A stretch of 64,000 bases of DNA, taken from the human T2T-CHM13v2.0 reference genome, Homo sapiens. Positions 1-10,956 of the stretch are shown in pieces; within the stretch, counting starts at the first letter, position 1, and each line of letters begins with the position of its first letter. Below the pieces are notes generated by a model. That model did not search any database, was not told the origin of the DNA, and saw only the letters and a list, made by a program, of their open reading frames with translations. The position numbers and the translations under genes are program-made. The DNA is taken from assembly GCF_009914755.1 (NCBI RefSeq), contig NC_060928.1. The stretch is one strand, 5' to 3'.

Positions 1-435
1 ACCTCCCCTATGAAGGAAGTATTGTGGGTCTTTGTGTGTCCACTAGCTATTAGATCATAGGTACAGAAAGCTTTGAACATATACTAGGCTCCATAATTGT
101 ATCTGGATCATTGAATTATGTTGATTAGTACCACATTTTGAACCTATCCACACGAATCAGCCACAGCTTTTATAATCTTTATGAAATTTATCTGAGATTA
201 ATTTAGAGTTGATGACCTATTGGACTTGGCATTCATATATTATCAGAACATATGGTTAGGTTGATTAATAAATTAAAATACTTATGAAATTTAGCATTCT
301 AATTTATTACATTGTCATATCATTACAAACTTAATGTAGTGGCTTATATTCTATCTTTCTCACTATTTCTCTATGTTTAAGCACATGTGCACACACAATG
401 GTAAGGAAGATAAGGATAACATTTAAATTATTTTA

Positions 436-582
436 GCCAGGTGTGGTGGCTTATGCCTGTAATCTCAGCACTTTGGGAGGCTGAAGTGGGAGGAACAATT
501 GAGCCCAGGAGGTTGAGGCTGCAGTAAGCTATAATTGTACCACTGCATTCTAGCCTGGGTAACAGAGTGAGACCATCTCAAT
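436..582 (+). mobile_element. AluJ-type monomer (left-arm 5' end fused to right-arm 3' end)
   Basis: Starts GCCAGGTGTGGTGGCTTATGCCTGTAATCTCAGCACTTTGGGAGG (left arm) and ends GAGGCTGCAGTAAGCTATAATTGTACCACTGCATTCTAGCCTGGG...GAGACCATCTC (right arm). TSD-like AAATTA(A)TTTTAG near 425 and near 698. Confidence 0.85.
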
Positions 583-585
583 ATA

Positions 586-700
586 AAGGAAGGAAGGAAG
601 AAAGGAAGGAAGGAAGGAAGGAAGGAGGGAAGGAAGGAAGGAGGGAAGGAGGGAAGGGGAAGTGGGAAAGGAAGGAAAGGAAGAAAAGGAAAGGAAGGAA
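586..700 (+). repeat. (GGAA)n-rich polypurine microsatellite derived from the Alu tail
   Basis: About 115 bp of almost pure purines with repeated GGAA units, lying between the Alu body and its right TSD. Confidence 0.95.
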
Positions 701-1111
701 ATTAATTTTAGTCTTCATATGTTCTTTTATTTACAATGTGTTAGGCCCTGACCAGGTTGACTACTGATTAATTTCATGTTTATCCAGTGGCATGTTATGA
801 TTTTTTAGTTTCTCATACTTCTAGATAAGAATAATGCAATATACTATAAATGCAAAATATTAAAAATGAAGGAGCTATTAAAAATGTGAATGATTTTTTT
901 AAAAACTGGATTGCTATCTTTAAGTCACTTGTGGTCACTAGTGAAAATACTAATCTTGACTGAAAGGGTAAGTTACAAATTGGTGAAGGAAAGATTACTG
1001 CCTATGCCATTATGGTTCCTTATTAAGACATTTTCGATGTTTATTTTCAGTTTTAAAGAACTTTGCTATATGTATTTTGAATTTTAAAGGCCTAAGATTT
1101 TGCCTGGATCA

Positions 1112-1113
<2 letters not shown>

Positions 1114-1158
<45 letters not shown>

Positions 1159-1179
1159 CGCACACACACACACACACAC
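1114..1179. repeat. (CA)n microsatellite
   Basis: Direct reading; two CG interruptions. Confidence 0.97.
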
Positions 1180-1506
1180 CCCTCTGTGTCCATGGATTCC
1201 ACATTCATGAATTCAACCAACCAAGAATCAAAAATATTTGGGAAAAAAAATTGAAAATAACTGTACAATGATAAAAATAATACAAATATAAAACAATACA
1301 GTGTAACAATGATTTATGTAGCATTTACAATGTATTAGGTATTGTAAATTATCTAGAGGTGACAAAGTGTATGGGAGGATGTACATGGATATATGCAAAT
1401 ATCACAGCTTTTTATATAAGGGAATTAAGCATTTGTGAATTCTGGTATCCTGGAGTTGGGGGATGGTGGTCCTGGAACCACTTCCTTGGATATGAAGGGA
1501 AGACTA
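1179..1506 (-). mobile_element. MER2 (TcMar-Tigger MITE)
   Basis: Ends CCCTCTGTGTCCATGGATTCCACATTCATGAATTCAACCAACC and GGTCCTGGAACCACTTCCTTGGATATGAAGGGAAGACT match the reverse of the MER2 termini; length about 330 bp. Confidence 0.8.
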
Positions 1507-3689
1507 TATATATACATATATACATAAAATATTTATTTATATATGCATGTATAGAGAGAAAGAGTGAGAGAGAGAAAATGAATGAATGGTTTAATACAGA
1601 AGCTGAACAATAGTTTCTCATGAAAAGTATTAAATTATCCTTATACTGTTCTTAGTTTATAAAAAACTGCTGTTGAGACAGAAGTATTAATATAAAATGG
1701 AGACGTTCTATATGCGAAGAAGAGTGTAATTATTATCACATTTTGGGAGAATATTTTGTTTCTGTTACATCTAGTATGCATTCTTTAGGCTGGGTCTTTA
1801 CATTTTATGGTATGATAATTTTTACAGGCTGATGTATGCACTGCTTTTCTTTGTTGAAAGTGTCCATTTTAAACAATGATTTTTTAAAAAGTCATGGCAT
1901 TTTTAATCACTATTAAAAGGAAAGAGAAAATATTCCACATATTATGGGAGAACAAATGAGATGGAAACTGTGTACTGCTCATTGATGGTATAAGGTTTGT
2001 AGGGTCAAAAGTATACAGCAACAATTAATACTGAAGTCAGCATGAACCTCAATAAATAGAGCAGGTGCAACTTATAGAGGACCTAAATCACTTCATAATT
2101 AAAACTATAACCTTAAGCTTTCCTGAAACATATTCCTTTTCCATTAGGGCTGAAGTATAAAATATCCTTGGAAAGACAGTAAATTTAATTTTGTGTGTTT
2201 ACTTCAATGGGAAAGTATTCTAAATGTGATGATAAAAATGAGTATAATAACAAAACAATCTCTGGGAGTTTTGAGGCTATAGTTGTGAAACTAGTAATAT
2301 TAACTACAACTTATATGAAAGAGACTGATAGTGTCTGGGAACCAGATTATTGTTCAGCTAGGTAGCTAGCTTGTACATGCATGTTATTATCTTTTGTTTA
2401 TATAGAAACATGCCACGTGTGTATGTGTAACTGTGTATTCATAATTTGGACTTTAACTTGCCAGTTTAAAGACTGCCAACAGTGCATATGACTGTGCTAT
2501 GCATCCGATGCATGGTCGTACTAGAGTGAATAACACAAATACCAGAGCATCTGTCTGGGGTCTTTCTTTGTCAATACCAAATTTAGAGACCTGGAGTCAA
2601 AGAAAGAAAATCTTGAAAGCCATTGGGAAGCTGGAAGGCAGGAAATAATCTTGTTTGCAAAGGTGGAGATCTTAGATGCTTTTTATGTTCTTTTTGATGC
2701 CTATTCTCAAAATGTTCCCCTTCAGATTGCACCACTGGGAAGGCAAATAGAACCTTCTTGACCAAAACTAAGAGTGATTTTTAACAAAATGCGTACCTGA
2801 GTGGCTTGAGTATATCTTCTGAGCTGTAATTTCCTAAGATCGCCTGTCCAATTTGAGGCCCCAAAGGAACATAAAAAGGGATTTCACAGACCATTCAGGT
2901 TAATCGTCGTCTTTGCTTCCTCTGTTTCAGTCCCACCTATAGCTAGTTATCAAATACTGAACACTTGCCTTAGCAGAGCAGGGCTGAGCAGGGAGCAGTG
3001 TTGGTGAACTGCTGAGACACGTTGTGTAGCAGCTGGAGGTTTTGTGAAGTGGAAGACACCAAAGTCAAACTCAAGTTCTGAGTGTATTGAGAGGAAAAGA
3101 GCTGGGAAACAGACTCACCAGAAGGAAAAGCGCAGACACAGAGAGTGGAGAGTATACGATTCTCTTTCCTCTTTTGTGTTTTAAACCATCATTACCACAG
3201 CCTATTGATAGGGTTCTGCATAAAACATGATTTCTGCTAGGTTTATATTAAATATGGTTGTTGAACAAAGCTTTCTTGATTTTGCCTGTAAACCCTATGA
3301 TTTAAAAGCAGTTGCTCACAATTCTAAAATGGATTTATTTTCATGCTCTCACAATGATATCAAAACTGTACTTTAACTGTAAATGGAAATATATAAGTAG
3401 CTGAAGTACTCAGATTTCATACTTATGACTTATTTTAGTTATGATATACACAACTGTGCTGCATATAATATTAGTAAATGCCTACTTATGTGTTCCATGT
3501 CACAGCTGCCTTTGTTAATCAGAAATTAATAGATTCAGATGACAGTGTTTTGATTAATGCTACATTTGCTGATAATACATAGAATAAAGCATAGAATATT
3601 TGTAAACTCACTTTTTAATAAGCTAATCCAACTACAAATCTGTTAATGAGAATTCTGATATAGCAAGCAGTGAGCTTTGGGGAAAGGTC

Positions 3690-3869
3690 AACCAATGTGG
3701 GAATAGATTTAAATCCTAGCTCTGACCTTCCTAATTATGTTACCTGGAGCAAGTAACTAAATCTCACTCTGCCAGTTTCTCCACTTCACAGATGTGAAAA
3801 GGTCTCTTGTGGGTTTTAGGGATAAAATAGGTAATGAACTTAAGAGCTTTGCATAGTGACTGAAACATA
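3690..3869 (+). mobile_element. MIR SINE
   Basis: Core AAATCCTAGCTCTGACC...TTACCTGGAGCAAGTAACTAAATCTC...CAGTTTCTCCA and tail GCATAGTGACTGAAACATA. Confidence 0.75.
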
Positions 3870-4647
3870 CTGTAATTTATCCCTTCTGAGACCTACACTG
3901 GTATGGACAGTCCCCAACTTACAGTGGTTCAAAATGATTTCTGACTTTATAATGCCACGAAAGTATACACATTCAGTAGAAACCACTTTCGAAAATACTT
4001 CGAAATTGGAATTTTGATCTTGTTCTGAGCTAGCTGTGTGCAGTAAGGCACTCTTGTTTTGTTGGGCGGCAAGCTGCAGCTCCCAGTCAGCCCTGCGATC
4101 ACGAGGGTAAACAACCTTCAGGTCAAGTGTGTTTCCAGCTGAGTACATGTGTGGTGAGTACCCATAGCACAATTCCGTTTTTCACTTTCAGTACAGTATT
4201 CAATAAATTACATAAGTATTGAGCATTTTATTATAAAGTAGGATTTGTGTTAGATGATTTTGCCCAACTGTAGGCAAATTTAAGTGTTCTGAGCATGTTT
4301 AAGGTAGGCTAGGCTAAGCTATGGTGTTCTGGTGGGTTAGGTGTATTAAATGCATTTTCAACTTATGATATTTTCAACTTAGGCTGGGTTTATTGGGACC
4401 AAACCCTATTATAAGTCGAGGACTATCTGTCTTCACATTTTAACATATCTGAAATTGGATGCATCGTGGTAATTGATAGTGCATCAGTTTAATTGGCAAA
4501 TTATTTTTCTTACTGGTACATAAAATAATCATGTTCTGTCTTATAATCAGAGGCATCTTATCATTGTTGAAATATGGTTCATAAAATGGCATATAAAATA
4601 ATGTTCTGCCCTTTGATTAGAGGCATCTTAATATCTCATCAATATGG
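3870..4647 (+). mobile_element. MER104-like (TcMar-Tc2) MITE, split by a Tigger5/MER47 insertion and carrying a duplicated right end
   Basis: Left terminus CTGTAATTTATCCCTTCTGAGAC at 3870; resumes at 4431 with CTTCACATTTTAACATATCTGAAATTGGATGCATC; right terminus GCATCTTA...AATATGG occurs at 4577 and again at 4647. Confidence 0.6.
3904..4429 (-). mobile_element. Tigger5/MER47-family element
   Basis: TIRs GGACAGTCCCCAACTTAC and ATAAGTCGAGGACTATCTG; internal GGTAGGCTAGGCTAAGCTATG and GCATTTTCAACTTATGATATTTTCAACTTA are characteristic of MER47. Confidence 0.85.
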
Positions 4648-4784
4648 AAATAAGCGCTATTACTGCCCCTTACTTTACTGTGGAACTGTTATTTGGATCT
4701 GTCAGCCATTGTTTAATATTAGTATTTAATATTGCTCTCTGGGACTCAATGTAAACTCCTTTTGTGGTCTTCAAATTAAATTTT

Positions 4785-4803
4785 ACACACACACACACAC
4801 ACT

Positions 4804-4830
<27 letters not shown>
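4785..4830. repeat. (CA)n microsatellite
   Basis: Direct reading; abuts the MER44 TIR. Confidence 0.97.
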
Positions 4831-4834
<4 letters not shown>

Positions 4835-5381
4835 GTCCCCATTATTCGCGGTTTCACTTTCTGAGGTTTCAGTTACCTGAGGTTAGCCATGGTCTTAAAA
4901 TACTAAATGGAAAATTCCAGAAATAAACAATTCATATGTTTTAAATTGCCTGCCTTCCTGAGTAGTGTGATGAAATCTCACGTTGTCCTGCTTTGTCCCT
5001 CCTGAGACATTAATCATTCCTTTGTCGAGTATCTCTAAGCTGTCTATGGGCCCCATCCTTCCGTCACTTAGTGGCCGTCTCCATTATCTGATGAACTGTC
5101 AAGGTATTGCAGTGCTTGTGTTCAAGGAACCCTTATTTGACTTAATAATGGCCCCAAAGTACAAGAATAGTGATGCTGGCACATTGTTATAATTTTTCTA
5201 TTTTATCACTTGTTACTGTTGTTAATCTCTTAAGGTGCCTAATTTATAAATTTACCTTTATCATAGGTATATATGTATAGGAGAAACACCATGGTATATA
5301 TAGGATTCAATTCTACCTGCAGTTTTGGCATTTGCTGGGAGTCTTGGAACACAGTCCCTGTGAATCGAGGGGGAATGCCTG
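4830..5381 (+). mobile_element. MER44B (Tigger7-derived MITE)
   Basis: Starts CAGTAGTCCCC...CGCGGTTTCACTTTCTGAGGTTTCAGTTACC...AAATGGAAAATTCCAGAAATAAACAATTCAT; ends GAGGGGGAATGCCTG; about 550 bp. Confidence 0.85.
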
Positions 5382-5568
5382 TGTATATATAATAAATAAA
5401 ATAGAGATCTAGCAAATATCAAACAAGTATAAAAGTACTAAACTTTTTGAAACTGAGCAAGTTAATAATTGTTATGATTTAGTTAAATATATTTTCATAC
5501 CTCATCAAATCTCCTATAAAACAATTGATTTCTGTATAATACTTAGGAATTTTTAAAAAGTAAGAGCG

Positions 5569-5875
5569 GGCTGGGCACAGTGGCTCATACCTGTAATCCC
5601 GTCCAGCATTTTGGGAGGCAGAGGTGTGAGGGTCACTTGAGCCTAGGAGTTTGAGACCAGCCTAGGCAACATAGAGAGACCACTGTCACTACACAGATTT
5701 AAAAAAAAAAAAAAAGAAAAAAGTCCAAGGGTGGTGGCATGTGCCTATTGTCCTAGCTACTTGGGAGGCTGAAGCAGGAAGATCGCTTGCGTCCAAGAGT
5801 GTGAGACTTCAGTGAGCTGTGGATCGGCAACAGAGTGAAATCCTGTCTCAAAAAATTAAAGCAAAACAAAAACAC
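5569..5875 (+). mobile_element. AluJ (right arm partly deleted)
   Basis: Both arms and the A-rich linker are present; TSD AAGTAAGAGC/AAGCAAGAGC. Confidence 0.9.
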
Positions 5876-7676
5876 AAGCAAGAGCACAGTATGACATTGA
5901 TAACTGAACCTTTTAGTATATGTTATGTGTTTTAAAATTGAAATTCTGTGGTTTCTTATCTAAGGTAAATTGATTTTGGTGGCTGCATAGTATGAATGTG
6001 TGCAATTTATATGTGTAGTACAAAAAAGGTATTTTAAAATAGACACTAATTTTTTGGATAAGAAACAAAAGCAAAGCTAACTTAATAATACTGTTTTTTC
6101 TGTTGCTGTGTCAAATTATGTGATGAGGGAGACTTGTGTCGGAGTGCAGCGATGAAAAATCAGAATCAGAACTTGACAGGTTGAGAGTCACAGGAAATGA
6201 AACAGAAGGCTGAGTGACTCTTTACTCAGAACAAGTCTCTCAGGTTAACTGAAAGTCTGGGGATGGGAACAAAGACAAATTTATTGCCCTTTCATGGTAA
6301 ATGTCTGCAAACCTAGGCATAAGAGAGCCTTTGATGCCCTGGTGTGCCTTTCAGCAGATTGTAAATTCAGTAGATATGTGAAATAAAAATCAGCAGTTGC
6401 CTTGCCTTATATTTTGATAGATAAATTGCTTAAGGATTTAAAATCCATGCACAGTATGGATAATAGATACTGGATTAGAATTAAGGGATTTATTTAGTCT
6501 CCTTTTCTCAGAAAATCAAGATTACTTCATGTCAAAACAGTGTTGTCAGAAAATGTAAATAGCAAAAGGCTTTACCTGAAACTTCATTTGGAAATGAAGA
6601 CTCTCATTTTCAAAATATAGTATCATTATAAGATATGATATTGTGTACCTTTATTTCTGAAAATAAGCACCTTTACACAAAGCTAAACACCTTAAATTAT
6701 ATTTATAAAATATTACTTCGTGAAAGAAGCAATGCTCAAATATGTGATTAATATTTCCATTCTTTGACTCACTTAATTTTACGTTAAGTATATCATGAAA
6801 TTAAAAATGCATTACTATGATATATTTGACATACATCATATTGATACTATTTGAAAACGGTCACTATTTCAAAAGAGAAAGATCACTTTTAGAGCAGTTG
6901 ACACTTCCCCTACTCCAAAGATACCATAAACAACAAAAAATAGTAGATCAATGTGTAGCACATTATTATAAATACAACATTATTCCAGTCATTATATGTT
7001 TCTTAGTAAGAGCAATGAGCCTATTTCTGTGTTTGATGTTGTCTGTTGCACTTTTTGATTGCATGGGTAACAAGTTTATTTTACAACTGGTCTGTTTTTA
7101 AAATAGATAATTCTGATCTCGGCTACATTTAAAAACATTACTAAATAGATCCCAGAAATGTTTTTTGAAAAGAAAACCTTTTTGGGGGTGTCTGTGTGTC
7201 TCTTTCATTGCATTGAATAGGCAGCTACCTAATCAGTTTATTAGTTTGCATGTGCCTCATATAATATATGCTAAATTGCCGATTTCAGTCTTTATCAGTG
7301 GAATGGGGACGTGTCTATACTTTGAGGAACTATGGGAAAAATAAAGATGTTGAAAATAAATTTTTAATTTATTGATGATTATAAAAATGTGCATTATTTT
7401 TAGTTTTTGCCTTGAATTTCCGTAAAGTTTTAAGGAACAGTACTTATTTTTAACAAAACATTTTTTTTTCTTGTTTTTTACTTGAGTCATATGACTTTAA
7501 TTGAAGGCACAAGGTATCCTGGAGATGAGGAGGGATTTTGAATTGGCAGAACTTACTAAATTCCCACCTTTTTTTTTTTAACCCTAAATTATTCTCTTAT
7601 TTTTGATGCAGGGTTTGTTTTAATTATCTCAAGAGATTCTTGTGTTAAATGAAATACCCTCTGGAATGTTACTTAG

Positions 7677-7785
7677 TACCTACCACCACAACTGTTACCA
7701 CCGCCACCGTCACTACCGTCGCCACCACCACCACCACCATCATCACCATCACCACTGCCACTGCTACTACTACTGACCACTATTA
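7677..7785. repeat. Degenerate (CAC/CAT/TAC)n trinucleotide repeat
   Basis: ACCACCACAACT...CACCACCACCACCATCATCACC...TACTACTACT; this explains the poly-Thr ORF at 7649. Confidence 0.9.
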
Positions 7786-10645
7786 CAGTATCAGTTGCGA
7801 GACTTCCTGCTGTGTGTTTTACCTTAAGAAGCTTATATAATACTTTATTTTATTTTATGTTTCCATCCTTTCACTCTAAGGCAATTATATAATACTTTAA
7901 ATAGCCATTATATACATAAGGAAACTGGAGTGAAAGAAGAATCAGCTCTTCAAGATTATACAACTAGCATATATAACATTCAGGAATTTTAGTTACTGTT
8001 TATTTTTTACTGTATTATACTTTTGTTACTAATTAAATTGAGTATGTTTTAATTATCAAATATTGTTAAAGTAATTATTAACCTCTCTGTGTAAAAGTTA
8101 TTTAAATTGTTATTTCTATATGCTTCCCCCTCGCCCCCCAAATGCATGAAGATACAACTGTCATGAGAATATCATAGTAATATTCAAGGGAATAGAATTA
8201 GATTAATTTCATTTATACCATGTTAACCAGCCTACGTTTGTGGTCCCTCTAGTTGGGCAATTGTGCTGCTTGCTCAATTGTGCCGGTAGAGATAACCCTT
8301 AATTCCTCCTTATCCAGTTTTTGAATCATTTCATTAAACAAAAGCCTTTTTGAGTCTTCTTTTGTTGCTGAGAACAAATGATTAGATTTTAGGAACTGTA
8401 GCTACTTTTGTTATTCACAAATTCCAGAGCCTTTCAAAATTTATCATTCACATTCTCTGCTCTGCACACAATCAGTCATTATGTCAGCAGCTGCCCAGGG
8501 AGGCTTACTTCAATTCATTCAGCCAAATAATGACGATCAGGACAACCATTTCTACATTAAAAATAATAATAAAATAAAATCCTTAAACAGCAGAGTTCTT
8601 TACTTCTGTAGTTAAAAAATTAATTACTTATATTCAGTAGAAATCCCATTGTACGTTTTGACAGGTAGGGAAAAGCAGTATCTGTGTTGAAAATTAATTG
8701 ATTAGATTGATATGTTTTAATAATAGAGAAGGTTATAAAGGGTTCCATTTCCAAATAAATGACTTCAAGTGATTTATTAGAGGCTACGATAACTTAATCA
8801 AATGTTGGCTTTTCATTTAGTAGTTTAGTGACAGCAATAAAAAATTGTACCATTTGAATAATTATAAATTTTGAAATACCTTTAATGCATGCAAGATTCT
8901 ACTTTTGCAAATGAGATAATAAGTACAGTAAATATTGAATATTTAGCTTGCTTTTAAATACATAATGCGTCTGTGATTAAATTAGAAAATATTTTAAATT
9001 TCAACTTGTTTTCCCCTCCATCTTTCTCTCTACATGCCCGCCGTCCCCATCTTCCCCCCCTTTTCTGTGATGTGTCTTTCTTAGATTTCAGTGGCATCGT
9101 TCAGAACATTGAAATAACACTTCACATATCACAAGCAAAGCATAAGTACAAATATTAATTTATACAGCATCATAGTGAGGCTGTGTCAGGGACATGCATT
9201 CATAGAATTCCTTTATTTAACATCAGGTTCTCGTTATTTTAAATGTCTTTGATTGTGTTATTCCATACTAGTGTCTTAAATGAAAGCCTGCGTTTTTTGT
9301 CAGCATCCTCAGTTAATTTCTTTCTTATTCTAAAAATAAAGAAAATGAGATGTAAATGCTGACTCAGATTATCAGTTTGCTGGCAATTTGCTTTTAAGTC
9401 ACATATGGAATTAGAGACATCAATCTATGCACAATGTTGCCACCTTCTGCTGAACACTTTACATCTTTGAAAAGATCTGTTTTACTTTCAGAGTCAGCAT
9501 CAACTTAAGCAAATGTGGGGCTTTATATTAATTTAAATTCAGTTTTGGTTAAAAATAAGACGTTTATGTCACATGACCCAAAGAACTGCTTTCTTTTACT
9601 TTGGTATACGTGAGGGCTATTGGTAAGTATCTGAATGTAACTCTTTATATAAAGATTTATGTTGTACATTTTCCCAGTTCTTGGCAAAAGCTTAATAATT
9701 AACAGTTCACTGTTCCCTAGCAAGTCTGATGCAATAGAAATGCTTTTCTAAAAGATTACCAAGAAAATTTAACTTTTAAAGTAGAATATACGCCATCTAT
9801 TATTATTATTACCTTTCTGGTTTTCACTTACTGTCTTATTTATTATCAGATATTGAAATCCAGTTTTCTTTTTATAGACAAGCCATAGCTGTATGTTGCA
9901 GAGTGGGCTTTTTATAGGTTTAAGAATATACCCAATTTACACTTGTTAATAATAAATAATTCTTACAATTTTCTTGTATTCTACTTATTGAGATGATTAA
10001 CTTATTGGAAATTCATGTTTACTGAATAACTCATTTTTCATATATAATGCCAGTATCTTATCTCCAAGTAATCCCAGGTTACTGGTATCATGGCCTTCAT
10101 TCAATGTTTCAATACAAATGTGTCTAAAGGGTTGCTTGGATTTTGCAAATACTTTAAAATCTGCCAGACAACTCTACATGATCTAAATGCATAAATCTTA
10201 CAAACAAATCTGATTCAGGATTAATATCAAACTGGAATGGGCCAGTCTAATGAATGCCAAGCTTAATGTACAATCTATTTTTTGAATAAATCATACTGGA
10301 AAATTGCAGAGTGTGTAAATTACATAGCCATCATAAATCAATATCCTTTAGATTGCTCTGCCTTGGATAAGGGGTAGCACTGCAGAGGCCATGACATACT
10401 TGAAAGTGAATGAGAGGAAAGCAGTTAAAGTGAGAAAGGAACACCTATTAAGGAAAAGAAATGCTCAGAAAATTATTATAAAAGTTGAGTACACAAATTA
10501 CATGTCTCTGGGTAGTGGTTATTTTATGTAGAGTGTGTGGATGAATGAGATGGCTCATGCTGGTCTTCACTATATGACTGCTCCAGGACTAAGATGTTTG
10601 AATCATTCTCTGCAAGTTTGTCCCTAATGCTTAAGAATGAGTTTT

Positions 10646-10677
<32 letters not shown>

Positions 10678-10956
10678 GAGACAGAGTCTCGCTCTGGCAC
10701 CCAGGCTGGAGTGCAGTGGCGTGATCTCAGCTCACTGCAGGCTCCGCCTCACGGGTTCAAGCAATTGTCTGCCACGGCCTCCCGAGTAGCTGGGATTACA
10801 AGCGCCCACCACCACGCCCGGCTAATTTTTGTATTTTTAGTAGAGACGGGGTTTCACCATCTTGGCCAGTCTGGTTTTGAACTCCTGACTTTGTGATCCA
10901 CCCGCCTCGGGCTCCGGAAGTGCTGGAATTACAGGCGTGAGCCACTGCGCCAGTCC
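10646..10956 (-). mobile_element. AluS (Sc/Sg-like)
   Basis: Full dimer with poly-T on the left; perfect TSD AAGAATGAGTTTT at 10633 and 10957. Confidence 0.95.

Noticed and set aside
567-767. Lys/Arg/Glu/Gly-rich 66-aa ORF
   Set aside because: It is a translation of the GGAA microsatellite and starts at GTG inside the Alu.
2499-2513. Palindrome ATGCATC-C-GATGCAT
   Set aside because: A 7-bp stem is expected by chance in 64 kb, and there is no further supporting structure.
2975-3160. GC-richer, purine-rich patch resembling a 5' UTR exon, with a minus-strand G|GTGAGT near 3118
   Set aside because: There is no paired acceptor/donor or ORF, so the sequence alone is insufficient.
7649-7840. Mucin-like poly-Thr ORF
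   Set aside because: It is a trinucleotide microsatellite read-through.
10594-10896. 100-aa ORF, and similar ORFs at 16042, 27865, 43869, 47949, 54694, 56338 and 62310
   Set aside because: These are typical Alu translations, not genes.
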